Positions 37,801 to 50,199 of a DNA stretch of 64,000 bases are shown here, one piece after another. Position numbers and translations under genes: made by a program. The stretch's first letter is position 1, and each line of letters starts with the position of its first letter. Under the pieces are notes generated by a model that saw nothing but the letters and a program-made list of their open reading frames with translations, did not search any database and had not been told where the DNA came from. The stretch is taken from NCBI GenBank assembly GCA_965637545.1, contig OZ281495.1, forward strand, positions 22,754,001 to 22,818,000. The letters are read 5' to 3'. Origin of the DNA: Phallusia mammillata (Eukaryota).

Positions 37801-40800
37801 TTGAGGTCGCTTTACTCGGCGATTACTGCGCCTTTTACGCGTTGGGACCTTTAAGTCCGCGCGCATTCAGTCGTTGCTGCAAAGCAAAACTGACGTCAGC
37901 ATCATAATTTTGGGGGATTATGACGTTAAGGCGAGTGTTTGTATTGGAAAGGCGTTTAGAAGAGTGTGACGTGTTTGGTTTGGGATTTGCGTGGATATTT
38001 TATAAATCCAATCTTTTACGCCTGTTTCACGGCCGCACAGCAGGAAAACACGTAACCATGGAGGCGAAATATAACGTGCGGTCATTGGAATGATCTTAAA
38101 CGACAGGCAAGTCATGCAGAAACACAATACTGTCCGGTTTCGCAAACATAATTCCCCAAACCAAAGGAAAAGTACATAAATTTGGGTTAACGGTAAGTCA
38201 AATGATTTCGAAATTCAAGGTGCAGCACCTGGAAATAACGCCTGGTTCCAAAAAAACATGCTCAAAATTAGGCTCCTACCTCGGAACTTGCGTACTTCTT
38301 TCGGCATCTCAAAATCTTCAGTGCGAACTGACAACGCATCGTCCCAGTCATCCGTTGTACTTCTTGTCTCATCCGCTCCAACGTTTTCTGAAGAGCCTGC
38401 GCAGCACACCATAAGTGTATAAAAATCAAGGTAAGTATATTGTTATCCCATATGACGCCCTGGTTGGAGCCATAACTTAGAAAATAGTGGGGTTATATAC
38501 TTCGAAATTGGAAACAACGGCTTTCAGGGCTGAAAACAAAAAAAAACAATGTTGCACTTCAGGCAGTTGGATAGTTCATGGGAAAGGTAAATTGAACTTG
38601 TGTCACTAACGCTGCAAGGTTATATGGGAGCTTTGTCGACAAGAATCAGCAAGTAGGTAAATCCCCAAATGCGGTGACTCAATCCGAAACTCATACGCTA
38701 CAACGTACCTCGACTTTCCCGTGACAGTAAAGTATATCCAACCAGTCCTTTAGGCTGGGTCACTTCTGGATGACCACTGGAACGACCAGGGTCCAATTGC
38801 TGGTCATTTGACCTGGCGAGCGGCCAACATTCCGTTGTCGTTAAGGCCGAGAGGGCGGAACACAGGGTAGGGGTGTGTGAGACAGATTGGGTTCCTGGTT
38901 TGTCTTGGACACTTGAGTCACACTGAATAAACAGTGTTAGTGATGGTTTAGATTAGTAAACAGACGCTGGGAGTTGCCAAAATCGATGTAAATCCCGTAA
39001 TGGTGTGTCGTTACATAAGGCTGCATGTACATATTGGGCAAAAGCAATGCACAAGTGCAAAGTCTTGCCTTTGCAGCGTCCTATCTGTTTGAATCTAAAG
39101 TCTAAAAAATGCGGGTTTTTTTGGTCTGGGCTTTCTTTTTATCGATTGCAATGTTTACTTACTACGATTTAACAGTTTTGGGTGAAGCACTTTTCATTAC
39201 ACTTTGTTCCTATTAACATAGTTTAAAATATTGGTAATTCCCAAACATTAGGGCGATATACACATAGTCATTCGAGATGATAAAATACTTACTGTGTCAA
39301 AATTTATAACTCTTTTTTCTCTAAATCTTGAAACTATTTAATTCCAAGTAATCAAAAGGTGTTTTAATTCCAAGATATGAACTGTTCATTTGGATAGCAT
39401 TACATACAATCATAGACCGAAAAAAAAACTGCACTGAAAAAAATTAAGGGTGTATTACAAACCTGTTTTGATTCTGATTTAAGTTCGTCGCTCTTCCCCG
39501 CTTTTGAGCCAGGTTCCGAATCGGGCGAGTCAAAACTTGCTCGTGGTATTACATTGGCCTGTTCGGGTATATGCGTCGGCGAAGTGGGCTGGGAATCGGA
39601 TGAGCGGGTACTAAGTATCCGAGCTTGTTTAACTTTCACCCCGCTAGTTACAAAACAAGACTGCGAATCGTGGACAGTGTCATCAGCTCCATGCTTTAAT
39701 CGTCCCGATATTGAAGTCCTCGGAGTAATCTTTGGCGGCGTTACAATGGGTTTAGGGGATCGTATCACAGGTTTGGCGGAAACAGGTGGCTTCATTCGTT
39801 TGGCTGGCTTCGGAGGACTTGCCTTCTGTTCCAATACTGCTTCTTTAACTGCAGGTACTTCTTGTAATACTTTTTGGTCCTGGTTCTCTGCATACTGCAT
39901 AGCTTTGTCCGGTTTCGAAGATTCGGTAAGTGCAATAGATTGTTCACTAAGTTGCATATCAGTCGTTTGGTCCTTTTTTAAATTGTCGCCCTCGTCATCT
40001 GATGAAGAGTGATAAGACGACACGGAATGCGATGAGTCGTCCGCATACGACATATTAGGCCAAGGGTCTAGGCCGCCGTCTGCGATACGGTCTAACATGC
40101 TTTCATGTGATACTGCCTGTATAATAATGCATACAGGTAAAATTGAAACGCCGTAAACGTTTTAAAAATCAAATACCACCTTTTGGAGAGTTTCTGAAAC
40201 CTCAATCATGGCTGTGTGTGGAGATGGTGGTGAAAAAGCAGGGGTAGTGCTGCCATCAGGCGAACGCTGATCCCTAGCGGAACCATGATCTCTTTGACTT
40301 TGGTCAGCCGGTGGCAGCAAAGAGTTACATGGGTCTACAAAAATGCAACACACGTACCAACTCAAAATTTTTAATAAGGTTAAGACAGGTCTCAAACAAA
40401 CAGACATTTAACAAGTATGCTATTAGAAATCTTTTTACCGAAAAATGTGTTTCCATAAGCCGGTTCTTCTGGTTTATCAATCAACGTCGGCTTGTCGTTG
40501 TTCCCCTGCAAGCAACAAACCTCTAATTCACTGACTAAATTTGAGTTGCCGCAAAATTTCAGCTACCACACCACTGTCATACTTGGAATATTACGAAATA
40601 GAATCTTCGTCTTAACTAAAAAACGGCGGATTAAAAGGCTTTTTGATAAACTAGGACAAACTTCCTAATACAAATTCTGTTAAAACGAGTTACAGAAACA
40701 GTAAAACGGTTAAAAGAGTAAACTGTTGCTCAACCATATATTTTTGTACGAAGTAGTGATAAAACATAAAAACGCAAAATTGGGCTTGTGGTGGGCAATC

Positions 40801-43800
40801 GACTCTTGCGAAATAACTCGAAAACCTTGACAAATGAAAACACCATACAAGACAAATGTGGAGAGGAATTGGTTTTATTGTAAAAGATTTTGCAAGACAT
40901 CTTGACATAACTCGACGAATTTCGACCTTTTGACAGCTTGAGGTATGAAGAAGAATTATGTGCAAAACAACCTTTAGCGTTAAGTGAGCCAAAAAATAAT
41001 TTTGCAAAATGGTAGCTAACAAATCAACTCAAAGCATGAGTAAAAAACTATTTTTGGTGAGTAATATAGTAGATGTATATAAAAAACGCGAAATTATTAT
41101 TAATACTCAAAACACTATATTAATGGAAGACGTCACCAGACAGAAACACACAACATACAGACTTCAACCAGACGATAAAAACAGCGTAAAAAATCAAAAT
41201 TCTTTGAAATTGAGCGTTAAAGCGGGAAAGATAAAAAAACGTTCGTTTCGCCAGGAAACTACACAATGACTGAGAGCGTGTGATTTTTTTCGCGGCTAAC
41301 TTTGTACAAGGCGAAATTTAAGCGCAGAGATTGCCCACCACAGCGATCGCATCGAGACTCACTGATACTCGACTTTCGGTGAGAAGTTCTTCGACTTGTG
41401 GTGAACCGAGTGATTCTCGCTCGTCCTCATCCTCATGGAAAGGTGGAGGATTGTCAGGTGATGGAGGACGGACCTGTTACATAAGTCACAAAAACATAAG
41501 TCACTATAATAGTTTGGAAAAAGATTATGGGATGTGTTCAACAGGTTTAACAATCCACCACTTCCATGTAATCGTTTTTTCATTGGTGTCCTTTAAACCT
41601 ACTGTACATTTATCACATGTTCTGATGAGTTTTTAATGATATACTAATATTAATGGATCAAATTAGGGCTAGCCATTTAATCAATGCTTTGAATAAAGAG
41701 GTAATCAGATGGACATACCTGCTATAAAACTTTCCTATTTGAAATGTATTTTATTTTTAAAACTTCCACATAATTTTGCAATAGCCACAATGCGATTGTT
41801 ACTTTGCTCATGTAAAAAGATTTACACGGATCTTTACAAGTGCTACGTTATGTTTTTAAAAGCGTTCTTTCGTGGTTAGACAGTGTTCGCAACGCCTTTG
41901 CAACAGTTCATAAAAATGCATGGAAACCTTAACTGGTAATTAATAAACAAACCAGTACCTTATAGATCTGTTCACGTTCTCTGTTATGTTTTTAAAACCG
42001 TTCTTACACATATGTCCATCGATAGTGTACCCAACGCCTATTGCATTTCACAAAATGCATAGAAATCTTTAGCAGGTAATTGTTAAACAAATCAGTACCT
42101 TAGGACTCCGCATCATACTCATCGGCTTTGGTGGGATTGGCGGGGGCGACATAACAGATGACAGTTTTGTAGAACGAGCAGGTTTCTTTGGTCGGTTGCC
42201 AGGAGGTGATTTATTACTGGGCGTACCAAGATCCGAATCCAACGAAGCTTGTTTAACGAGAGAAGTTGTGCTTTGTGCATGCGTGGCCTGATACGCGAGT
42301 TTTGATTCCGTACTTTTGCTAGAACCAATAGACAAAGGCGATACGTGCTGGTCAAAGCTATGAATGCGACGGGTTCGCGAGAATGCTGAACTGCGAGATT
42401 GACTTGGTAAAAACACGTCGTCTTCAGTTTTTAAACGCTCTCTGGTAAAGTTTTTGCGAACTGGAGGAGCCGTAGTGTTGCTGGTCGTCTCCGCTTCAGT
42501 GTTAGCGTTTTTGTCATTTTTTCGCGACGGAGAAGTGGGGAGTGAGAGATGAGGAGAGGAGGGCAGGGAAGAGGAGCTCCTCCGGATGTGATCCCATTGT
42601 TTGGAGTGAGTGGGAGAAACTGGAAACATGTTCGACGATGGGTGATGTTGTCGGAACTGGGCAGCAGGCGTCGAGTTGTTGAGATCAGGGATGAGGAAGG
42701 ATCCTGATGGGGAGCGGGATCTGGAGGACGGAAGACGAGGAAGAGATTTGGAGCTCCGGGCTGATGCGCTTCGTCGCAACATGATCCCTTTTCCGATGCT
42801 GCTCCGACCCCAACTTCCTCCAAAACCTACAGTAAAGGCAGCAAATTGAAAACTTTGAACTATTGGTTTCTAACACAACTGTTCAGTTTGAAGTACATTC
42901 TGGGCAGGTTTACTTGCCATTCATCAAAATTATACCTTTTTTTGAAGTTCCGGCTGCTAATATGGGAAATGTTAAGTTGGTAAACCACACTGGACTGAAA
43001 CAATGAACTAGAAAAATTTGCTACAGAAAACAATACGACGAAAACTTGTGCAGTTTCTTATGCATAATGTAGCAGGTGCAAAAAATTGTTTGTATGTGCA
43101 AAAAAATTTTGTACCTATTTGCTTTTGTTTTGTTTGTGACTTGCGATTACATGTCACAAAGTATTATACTGTCCAGACATGACAGTCAATAATTTTAAAT
43201 AGTTGCTCCAGAGCTATGCTTGTGGTTAAACACAGCCGGGTTAACAATTCGAAGTGGAACTATTTTTAACACAAACGAGTGCACTCATGACTCCAGGTTG
43301 TACCACAAGTGGTGAAATACAAAAAAACTGCCGATGAAATAAATTTCGTTCAAACTGCACAAACCGAGGCCCTTGGACGTGCTTTCAGTAGCAGTGGGTG
43401 GGGAAGCTTCAGACGAGGTTCGAGCGGTTGCAAGGTAATGTTCCTCGACAGTTACTCGGGGGACGGATGCGATCGAAGGCGCTGACGGGTCTGTAGATCA
43501 ATAAACCGACAACGTAAATTGCTTTTGCAGTGACAAGGGGGAGTAGGGCAAAGAACAGACACTCACCGAATACATTCCTCGTGCCTGATTCCAGAAAAGC
43601 TGAATAGAACAAGGGAGTTTGATTAAACTTCGATCGGTTTGGGCTGTTTCAAAGACACCGCTATGTTTTACACCATTTACAAAAGCACATGCCACATGCA
43701 GGATTATACACATCGAAGAACAAGCACAACACAATTAGCTACAAAGATTGAAAAAGACAGCAAAACAGTAGCTGTAAATGTTTAATGGATAGCGCTTTGA

Positions 43801-46800
43801 CAAATAATCAATCAACTTCCTTATTCTAGGCCGTTCAGCAAAATTCAACGAATTAAAAACCATAAAAATATAACCACCAAGGGGCTAATTTTCAACAAGA
43901 AAAAATAAAAAGCATGCAGATACAGACAGTACGAAATTGCAAATTAGCAGTAAACGATTCAAACAAAGCTTACTACCGACAATATTTTGAGCTCTAGTGT
44001 GATGATTATTAATGTTACCCAACAATCAAGAAATCCTAAATTCCCAATTGTTTCCCTTCTGTGCCAGTAATTGATGCGTAACACCTCGAGTGTACTAAAT
44101 CACGAAGCAAACCACGTCACTAGTCGGTGGCCGGCGTGTTAATTGATCGCGAAAACCGGCGGGATTAAATTAAGTCGAGATAAGGCGGTGCGTCCGTAAG
44201 TGAAATTGATCGACACTTCGACTTGCAAAATCGAATCTATGTATTGATTGACAAAATGCAGCAATCGAGTAACGTGTTGATGAAAATGATTATTCGCAAT
44301 AATCAATGAGGGAACCGTACTGTATAGTTTAATTCACAAAACAACGTTAACAATTAAACCAGGACTCCGAAAAGTGCTTCTCATTAACTTGAGAAGAAAT
44401 GCCACAGTTCATGTTGCTGTTTTATTTCAAGGATATTTGTATTTATCAACTTTGCAATGGTGCGAAATCAAGGGAAATATAACAAAACAGCAGAGTTTTT
44501 TGCGTATATTGCATCCAAATATAGTCCAGGGAATGATAACAAATATGTAATGCAATATGTGGTTCTAAAACGCTTTGAAAATATTGCCTGGGGTGCATGT
44601 TTCTTATCAGGTATCGTCCAACAGACCGCTCTGGAGAAAATAGATACCACGGGAGGTTTGCTCAAAACACTGGGCGGGTATTTTCTCAATACAGGAGTCT
44701 ACGTTGTGAAACGTTTCATTTTACGTTGTCAATTGACAAATCAAACAAGAAGCGAGATAGCACATCAGTCCCAACTACAACTTTGTGGATTTGTGTTAGT
44801 TTATTGTGAAAATGACGTCAACAGGTTATCGCCGTGACGTCATCGCAAATTGCCAAGAATCGATAAGAACAATTATAAACTTTACGCGATACACATTACC
44901 CCTATGCTACAGCACACAAACGCATGTAAACATTCAAAACGAGCTTCCCTAATAGAGCAAAGCTACTGGTGCCTCGGGATTGGGGTTTAACTGGGATGCC
45001 AGGAAACAATGGAGCGTATTTTCACTCCAACAAAAACGCTTGCTGGTTCAACCGAAAAGTAATAGCCACAGCCCGTAGCTATCTTCAGAGCAAACATAGG
45101 TCCTGCTTCGAACTGGCAAATATTTGCTGTCAGTGGTGGAGCATCGACAAAGCGAACTCGGCTGCAAACTGAGTTTTTCTACAGGGATACTCGGCGATTT
45201 GTTTCAATGTACGCTTTTTGATTGCGTTGCTTACATAACCTTAAGATGAGGTTTACATTGAGTAGGTTTATGGGCGGGAGCAAATTGCGCGCAAACATTA
45301 AGGGCAAAAAGTTAAGTGGTATCGCGGCAATCTACAGAGACGGGTTCAAAGCAAAATTTTGAACAACTTGACACTCAACATTGTAGGCACGTACCAAAAA
45401 CTAAAATCTCACGGGATTTTTTAAACTATCTGTATTGAACTGTTCCAGATATTTTCAACTCTAACACTTGGGGTATTAATTTGTATCAATAGGAAAATAA
45501 CGGCCCAAATGAACGTAAAAAGCGAAATGCTTTATTATTTTTTATGTAAAATAAAGCATGTCACTTTTGACGTCTATTTGGGCCGTTATTTCCCTCATTA
45601 AACCTATAAACAGATCGGTATATAGTGTTTCAAAGATGGTTCAATTTCTTATGATTAAAATCAGCTCGCTCTTGCGCACTACATTATAGGTTACAGGCCA
45701 TCCAGACAACATGTGTATCATCAGTCGAACTAAATCACTGATAAACGTCATAGCAGGAGTGCCCAGTGACGGGTCAAGACTAGTAGCTCCTATTAACCAT
45801 TTGTAGCAGACAAAAATCAGGGGTAGACGGTGGGAAGCAGCTGCGTAAGCCAGGCTTGAACTTTCTATGATACTCGGGCGAGCGATGAGACGTCGTCAGC
45901 CTACTTGGCGCGTCTTAAATCATCGCCACTTTACGCAAGCACACGTGGCCAATCAATATTTCATGAACTAGCAAGACAGTGGTCGTCAAATTTCAATCAA
46001 TTCTATGGGACCTGAAGTTAAGACAGTGATTTGGCTTGAAAATCTACATGGATTACCACACATCCTGTAGTAACACTGTGCAAAAAAACCTAAACAGTGG
46101 CTTTTGAAGCCTTTGCGTCTTAAATTAGAAATGACATGCGATTGTGTGTTAGTATAATTCAATATGGACGAATATGTCGGCACATTCCGCACATTCCTTT
46201 TGTGCGTTAGATCGGACACGGGGTTTACACCACAAGCCATCTGCGGCGCGGAAAATGAAAGCCATGGAAATGATTCTGTCGGCGACAAAGACGTCGCAAA
46301 TCCGCTGCGCTTATACAGACTTTCGAGAGTCACGAATCGCGATTGTGTTGTTGTCATTGTGGGCACTTGGTTCAGGCCGTGCCGCGCCAGGCGTAAACGA
46401 GAGCTAGAACAGGCGTTTTATCTCACAAAACGTCAGCTGTGGGCGTCTTGCTAGTGCCTATTTAAGTCAATAAAGGAAATCATCCGAAATGAGAACGACT
46501 TCCGCTATAACCATTCCATTGGTTAGTACATTTGTTAGTGCTGACACCAAACGCTTGAATAAATGCATGCAACAGCATGGCCACGATGTTATATTACAGT
46601 GAAATGAGAAACCCAACGGTAATTCACCTTTCTGCATGTCGATATAAGTGTGGGGGGATTCGGGGGTAACCGGGCCTGGCATGAAGCTGCGCAAAGACGC
46701 AGATGAGATCGAGTTGGCGCTGGGATTTGGCTCTGGACTCAGAGGTTCATAATCCTCGCCGTCCTGCAGACGTGCTGTGTGTGGGCGTGCAAATTAAACC

Positions 46801-49016
46801 ACAGTGCACAAAATAATACAAGCAAAACAAATTAAACGTGAAATATCAGTGAACTTATCAATTAAGTCCTGTAGGAAAACCAAAACGTGTGCAAGTCCAC
46901 TTTAAAAGTTTGACAGTGGTACATAATTAAGAGAAAAGCTCTCATTGCATGACTAAGTCTAACAAATTGTCCACTGTTGATTGAAAGATGAAATAAATCT
47001 GATACTCACAAAGAATGAGTTGTGAGATTTCACGGGATGTTTGAGTGTTCAGTTGTTTTACTAATTCCATGGCAGTTCTGTTTTTGGGGTCAAGTGTATG
47101 GGGGTTGGCTCCCCTGCTTAGAAGTAACTTAACAACCTCACGTTTTCCAAAGAGTGCTGCTTCATGCAATGCAGAGCCATTTTCTCCCTTTAAGGAAACA
47201 AAGCAGTACTATTGAATAACAGAAAGAAACAATTCTCTATTTTGGCAATATACTAAGCATCATATTATTTTGTAAGTAAAAGTTTTTTTTCTGTTTAATA
47301 AAGCACAAGTGATTAAGTAAGTATATTTTTGGCTCTTTAAGCGGTGGGTGAATAACCCTGACGTCACCTTATTAGTCAACCCGATTAAAAATAGGTGAAA
47401 ATCAAAGAAACAAAACATCACATACAAACACTTACTGTTCGGTTTATATCAGCACCATGAGCCAGTAACATTTCAACCACTTCTTTGTGGCCATTGCGGG
47501 ATGCAAGATGAAGAGGAGTAAAACACTCGGGTGAACGAGAAAGTAATGATGGCTGAAATTGTAACAACAGACGTACTACATCCATCCGGCCATACTGGGA
47601 AGCCAGATCCAAAGGTGATTCATCGCGAATATTGCGTACCTGAAAAAAGAAAACACATAGATAACCTTCATCATCATATTTATTTACAGTTACGGTTATT
47701 ATGTGCAATTAAACACAGGGCAAGCAACTGGCGGATGCCGAAGGGACCATATACGTCATCAAGTGTGCCACACATGATCACAAAAGGGTAACATAGAGAA
47801 AAAAACAGTTGGAAACACACATTACCAGAGGGTCAGCTGCATTTTGAAGCAGTATTTTCACAGTTATGGTGTGACCATGCTGAGCAGCACAGTGTAATGC
47901 AGTTTCTTTGTCTCCATTCTAAAACAGAAATCAGTCAATATTAATCATGAAACTATTACACTTGGCAATTAAGTGTAGTGTTAAAATTTTAAAATTAACT
48001 GCACATCGCCACAGAAAATAAACATTAACTATTTATGAAAGAGATGACTTCATCCATGTACAGTTTCCTTATATCATGACAGCTGCACCTGTTCATTAAT
48101 TCTTGCAACGCTTGGTCCATGTGTAAGTAGATACCTAACAATATCTGCATTTCCACTCCAGGCAGCAAGATGCAGAGGAAAGTTGCCTTTCACGTCACAC
48201 ACATTTGTTGAGGCAGAATTTTGCAAAAGATTTCTGACAACCAAACTACAAAAAGGCCATGGTTATGTTTGTGATAAACACATTGAAAAAGTACCCATAT
48301 CAAAACCACATAAAGAATAGTTGAACAAAAACACATTTAAAAAGTTCTTACTCATGGCCGTTTAAAGCAGAATGGTGCAATGGAGTATATCCAGATTGGT
48401 CCTGGCAGTTGACATTTGGTCCCACTTTTATCCTGAACAAAATCAGCAGTTATGCTTCCAAAGCAAACATGGGCAAATTATTGATATGTAGGTCTAAAGC
48501 AAACAAAACTGGAGCAAAATACGGATCCAAAGCCACATTTGTATTTCTAATCAAGCCAATTGTTTAAGCTTTAGCATTGTTTAAAAAGAAGCTATGTAGT
48601 CTATTTAAAAGTTAGCATGATAAGTATTAAACTTTTAAGCCACAAATATGAGTAAAATACTATTGAAGTAAAAGTGCAAAGCAAAATGATATATAACAAT
48701 AACAACTGTTAGCATCTATGTCAAATCTGTTTTCAACAAATTGGTAGTTTAAAAGTTTTAGGTTTCAAATAATCACAATCAACTTAAAATTTGGATATTC
48801 TATCCCTGGTTCCAAATGGAAAATGTTTCAATACAATTAAGTTGGTTGATTTTCTGTTTAATAACAATTGTGACGAAATCAAAAATAAATTAGATCTTAC
48901 CCAAAGCTGGCTACAAATGTACGAGTTGTTGACTTTGCCTTTGGTGACAGTAATCTCTCAATTATGGCTAAATTTCCTGTCCGAGCTGCTTCCAGAAGTT
49001 CCTGATCTTTACCCAT
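10824..49016 (-). CDS. ANKS1: Ankyrin repeat and SAM domain-containing protein 1 (ANKS1A/ANKS1B, Odin/AIDA-1 orthologue), about 1873 aa as assembled
   Basis: 28 phase-consistent GT-AG exons, 5' to 3': 49016-48901 ([15 protein letters not shown]), 48432-48352, 48245-48089, 47918-47826, 47639-47436, 47187-47010 (ankyrin repeats), 46774-46628, 43599-43567, 43490-43365, 42826-42099, 41473-41363, 40505-40439, 40334-40180 (FSPPSP), 40116-39463, 38922-38709, 38396-38280, 16907-16476, 16401-16216, 16110-15998, 15853-15760, 14367-14264, 14145-13888, 13770-13657 (two SAM domains), 12701-12147, 11805-11620, 11476-11318, 11171-11034, 10925-10824 (PTB: YLGSML...FAYIT...HHYCHVF...[14 protein letters not shown]). 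The low-complexity middle exons are less certain than the domain exons. Confidence 0.92.
19957..20245 (-). CDS. Candidate alternative first exon of a short ANKS1 isoform
   Basis: Strong phase-1 donor CGCG|gtaagg, matching the phase-1 acceptor at 16907. In-frame ATGs at 20245 ([12 protein letters not shown]...) and 19975 (MSSRHR). The frame is open from about 20356 and is closed upstream by TGA. Confidence 0.45.
41847..42102. repeat. Degenerate ~137-140 bp tandem duplication that includes an ANKS1 splice donor
   Basis: gttatgtttttaaaa...caacgcct.ttgca...aaaatgcat.gaaa...ggtaatt..taaacaaa.cagtacctta occurs at 41847-41962 and 41983-42102. Confidence 0.75.
45492..45593. repeat. Intronic inverted repeat (fold-back), ~45-bp arms with a ~13-nt loop
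   Basis: GGAAAATAACGGCCCAAATGAACGTAAAAAGCGAAATGCTTTATT pairs with AATAAAGCATGTCACTTTTGACGTCTATTTGGGCCGTTATTTCC, with a few mismatches. Confidence 0.85.
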
Positions 49017-50199
49017 CTTACAAGGCAAAAAGTAAAGTGAACTTTTGCACATTTCACAAGATTAATGTCAGAAAAAAATATATGTGTACCTTGTTGTTGT
49101 GGTTAGAGCTGTGAGACCAAGTTTTTAGTGAACCAGGTCACACACTGGCCATTTGTTTGAACTTTTAAGTCTCCAGACATGCAGTTTCCTTTATATTTAC
49201 CAGGTAAAATTCCTAAACCTCATTGTGTGTTTTTAGTTTAACATGGTCTGATCTGCAAGGAACGAGTCTTTAAATCATCTTTGTATTAGAAATAATACGC
49301 ATTAAAAAACTTGTTTAGCTCTGAAAATGAAACAAAAAACAACAACTTCGTTTGACACTTGACAGATGGATACAAAACGCTAAATAACAAGCACAAGATT
49401 AATGAGGCATATACAACAGTTTGACCAACAACAAAAATGTGCTTGTATTTTGTCTAACAACTGAACTGATACCGAAATAAATGTGGCGAGTGCGAGCCAA
49501 TAATATTCAAATGAACCTATCTCAGTACAATCGCAAATATGTTAGACTAACAGGGAAAGCATCTTGCAAAGATACATTAGGCCATTGTGCAGTGATGCCA
49601 GTCACTTCACCACACATTATTCAAAACGTATCTACGAAAAATTCAAGCAAACCTAGCTCCGAAGTCCGAAACAACAGGAAGACAAATTGTTTTCTGTCCC
49701 AACACAAACATCCCATGAGCGAACCCTGAAATTTTCAGCTCGTTTTATTTCTATGTCCACGAAAAAACATGGGTGCAACAAAAACAGCATTTAACCACTT
49801 ACAAACGCTGTTGATGACAATCTCCAGGTATATCATACGCCCTTTTGGGAGTGCATGTCCATTTTTGGAGATATGTTCTTTTTATCATGCAGGAACTTGT
49901 TCTCAGACAACATTTGAAAATGTTTCGAAATCCTCCTCATTACAATCATTTTCGGCTTTAATATAATTAAAAGAATTTTAAAACAATTTAAATGCACCAC
50001 CAAGTGAAATTAATGACAGTTTTGTTTATTAAAACTAAAAGATAGATAGCTCAATTGAAACTGGACGATTTCAACTCACTGCTCGAAATTCGACATATAT
50101 TTGATAAAAGGTAGATATTTTATTTATTTCAAACTTTGGGGAAAGCTTTTCCGCAAGTGTCATTTTTATGAATAGCTTTAGCTCTTTATGAACTATAGT

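Noticed and set aside
12188-40012. Long ORF-track entries on the + strand (12188-12502, 16609-16956, 39554-40012 and similar)
   Set aside because: They are antisense or shifted-frame shadows of low-complexity ANKS1 exons.
44457-44837. 126-aa + strand ORF in an ANKS1 intron
   Set aside because: No recognisable motif, no splice context and no coding-like composition.
45235-45298. ATG-to-donor phase-1 segment ([21 protein letters not shown])
   Set aside because: It is formally a possible internal first exon, but such matches arise often by chance and there is no independent support.
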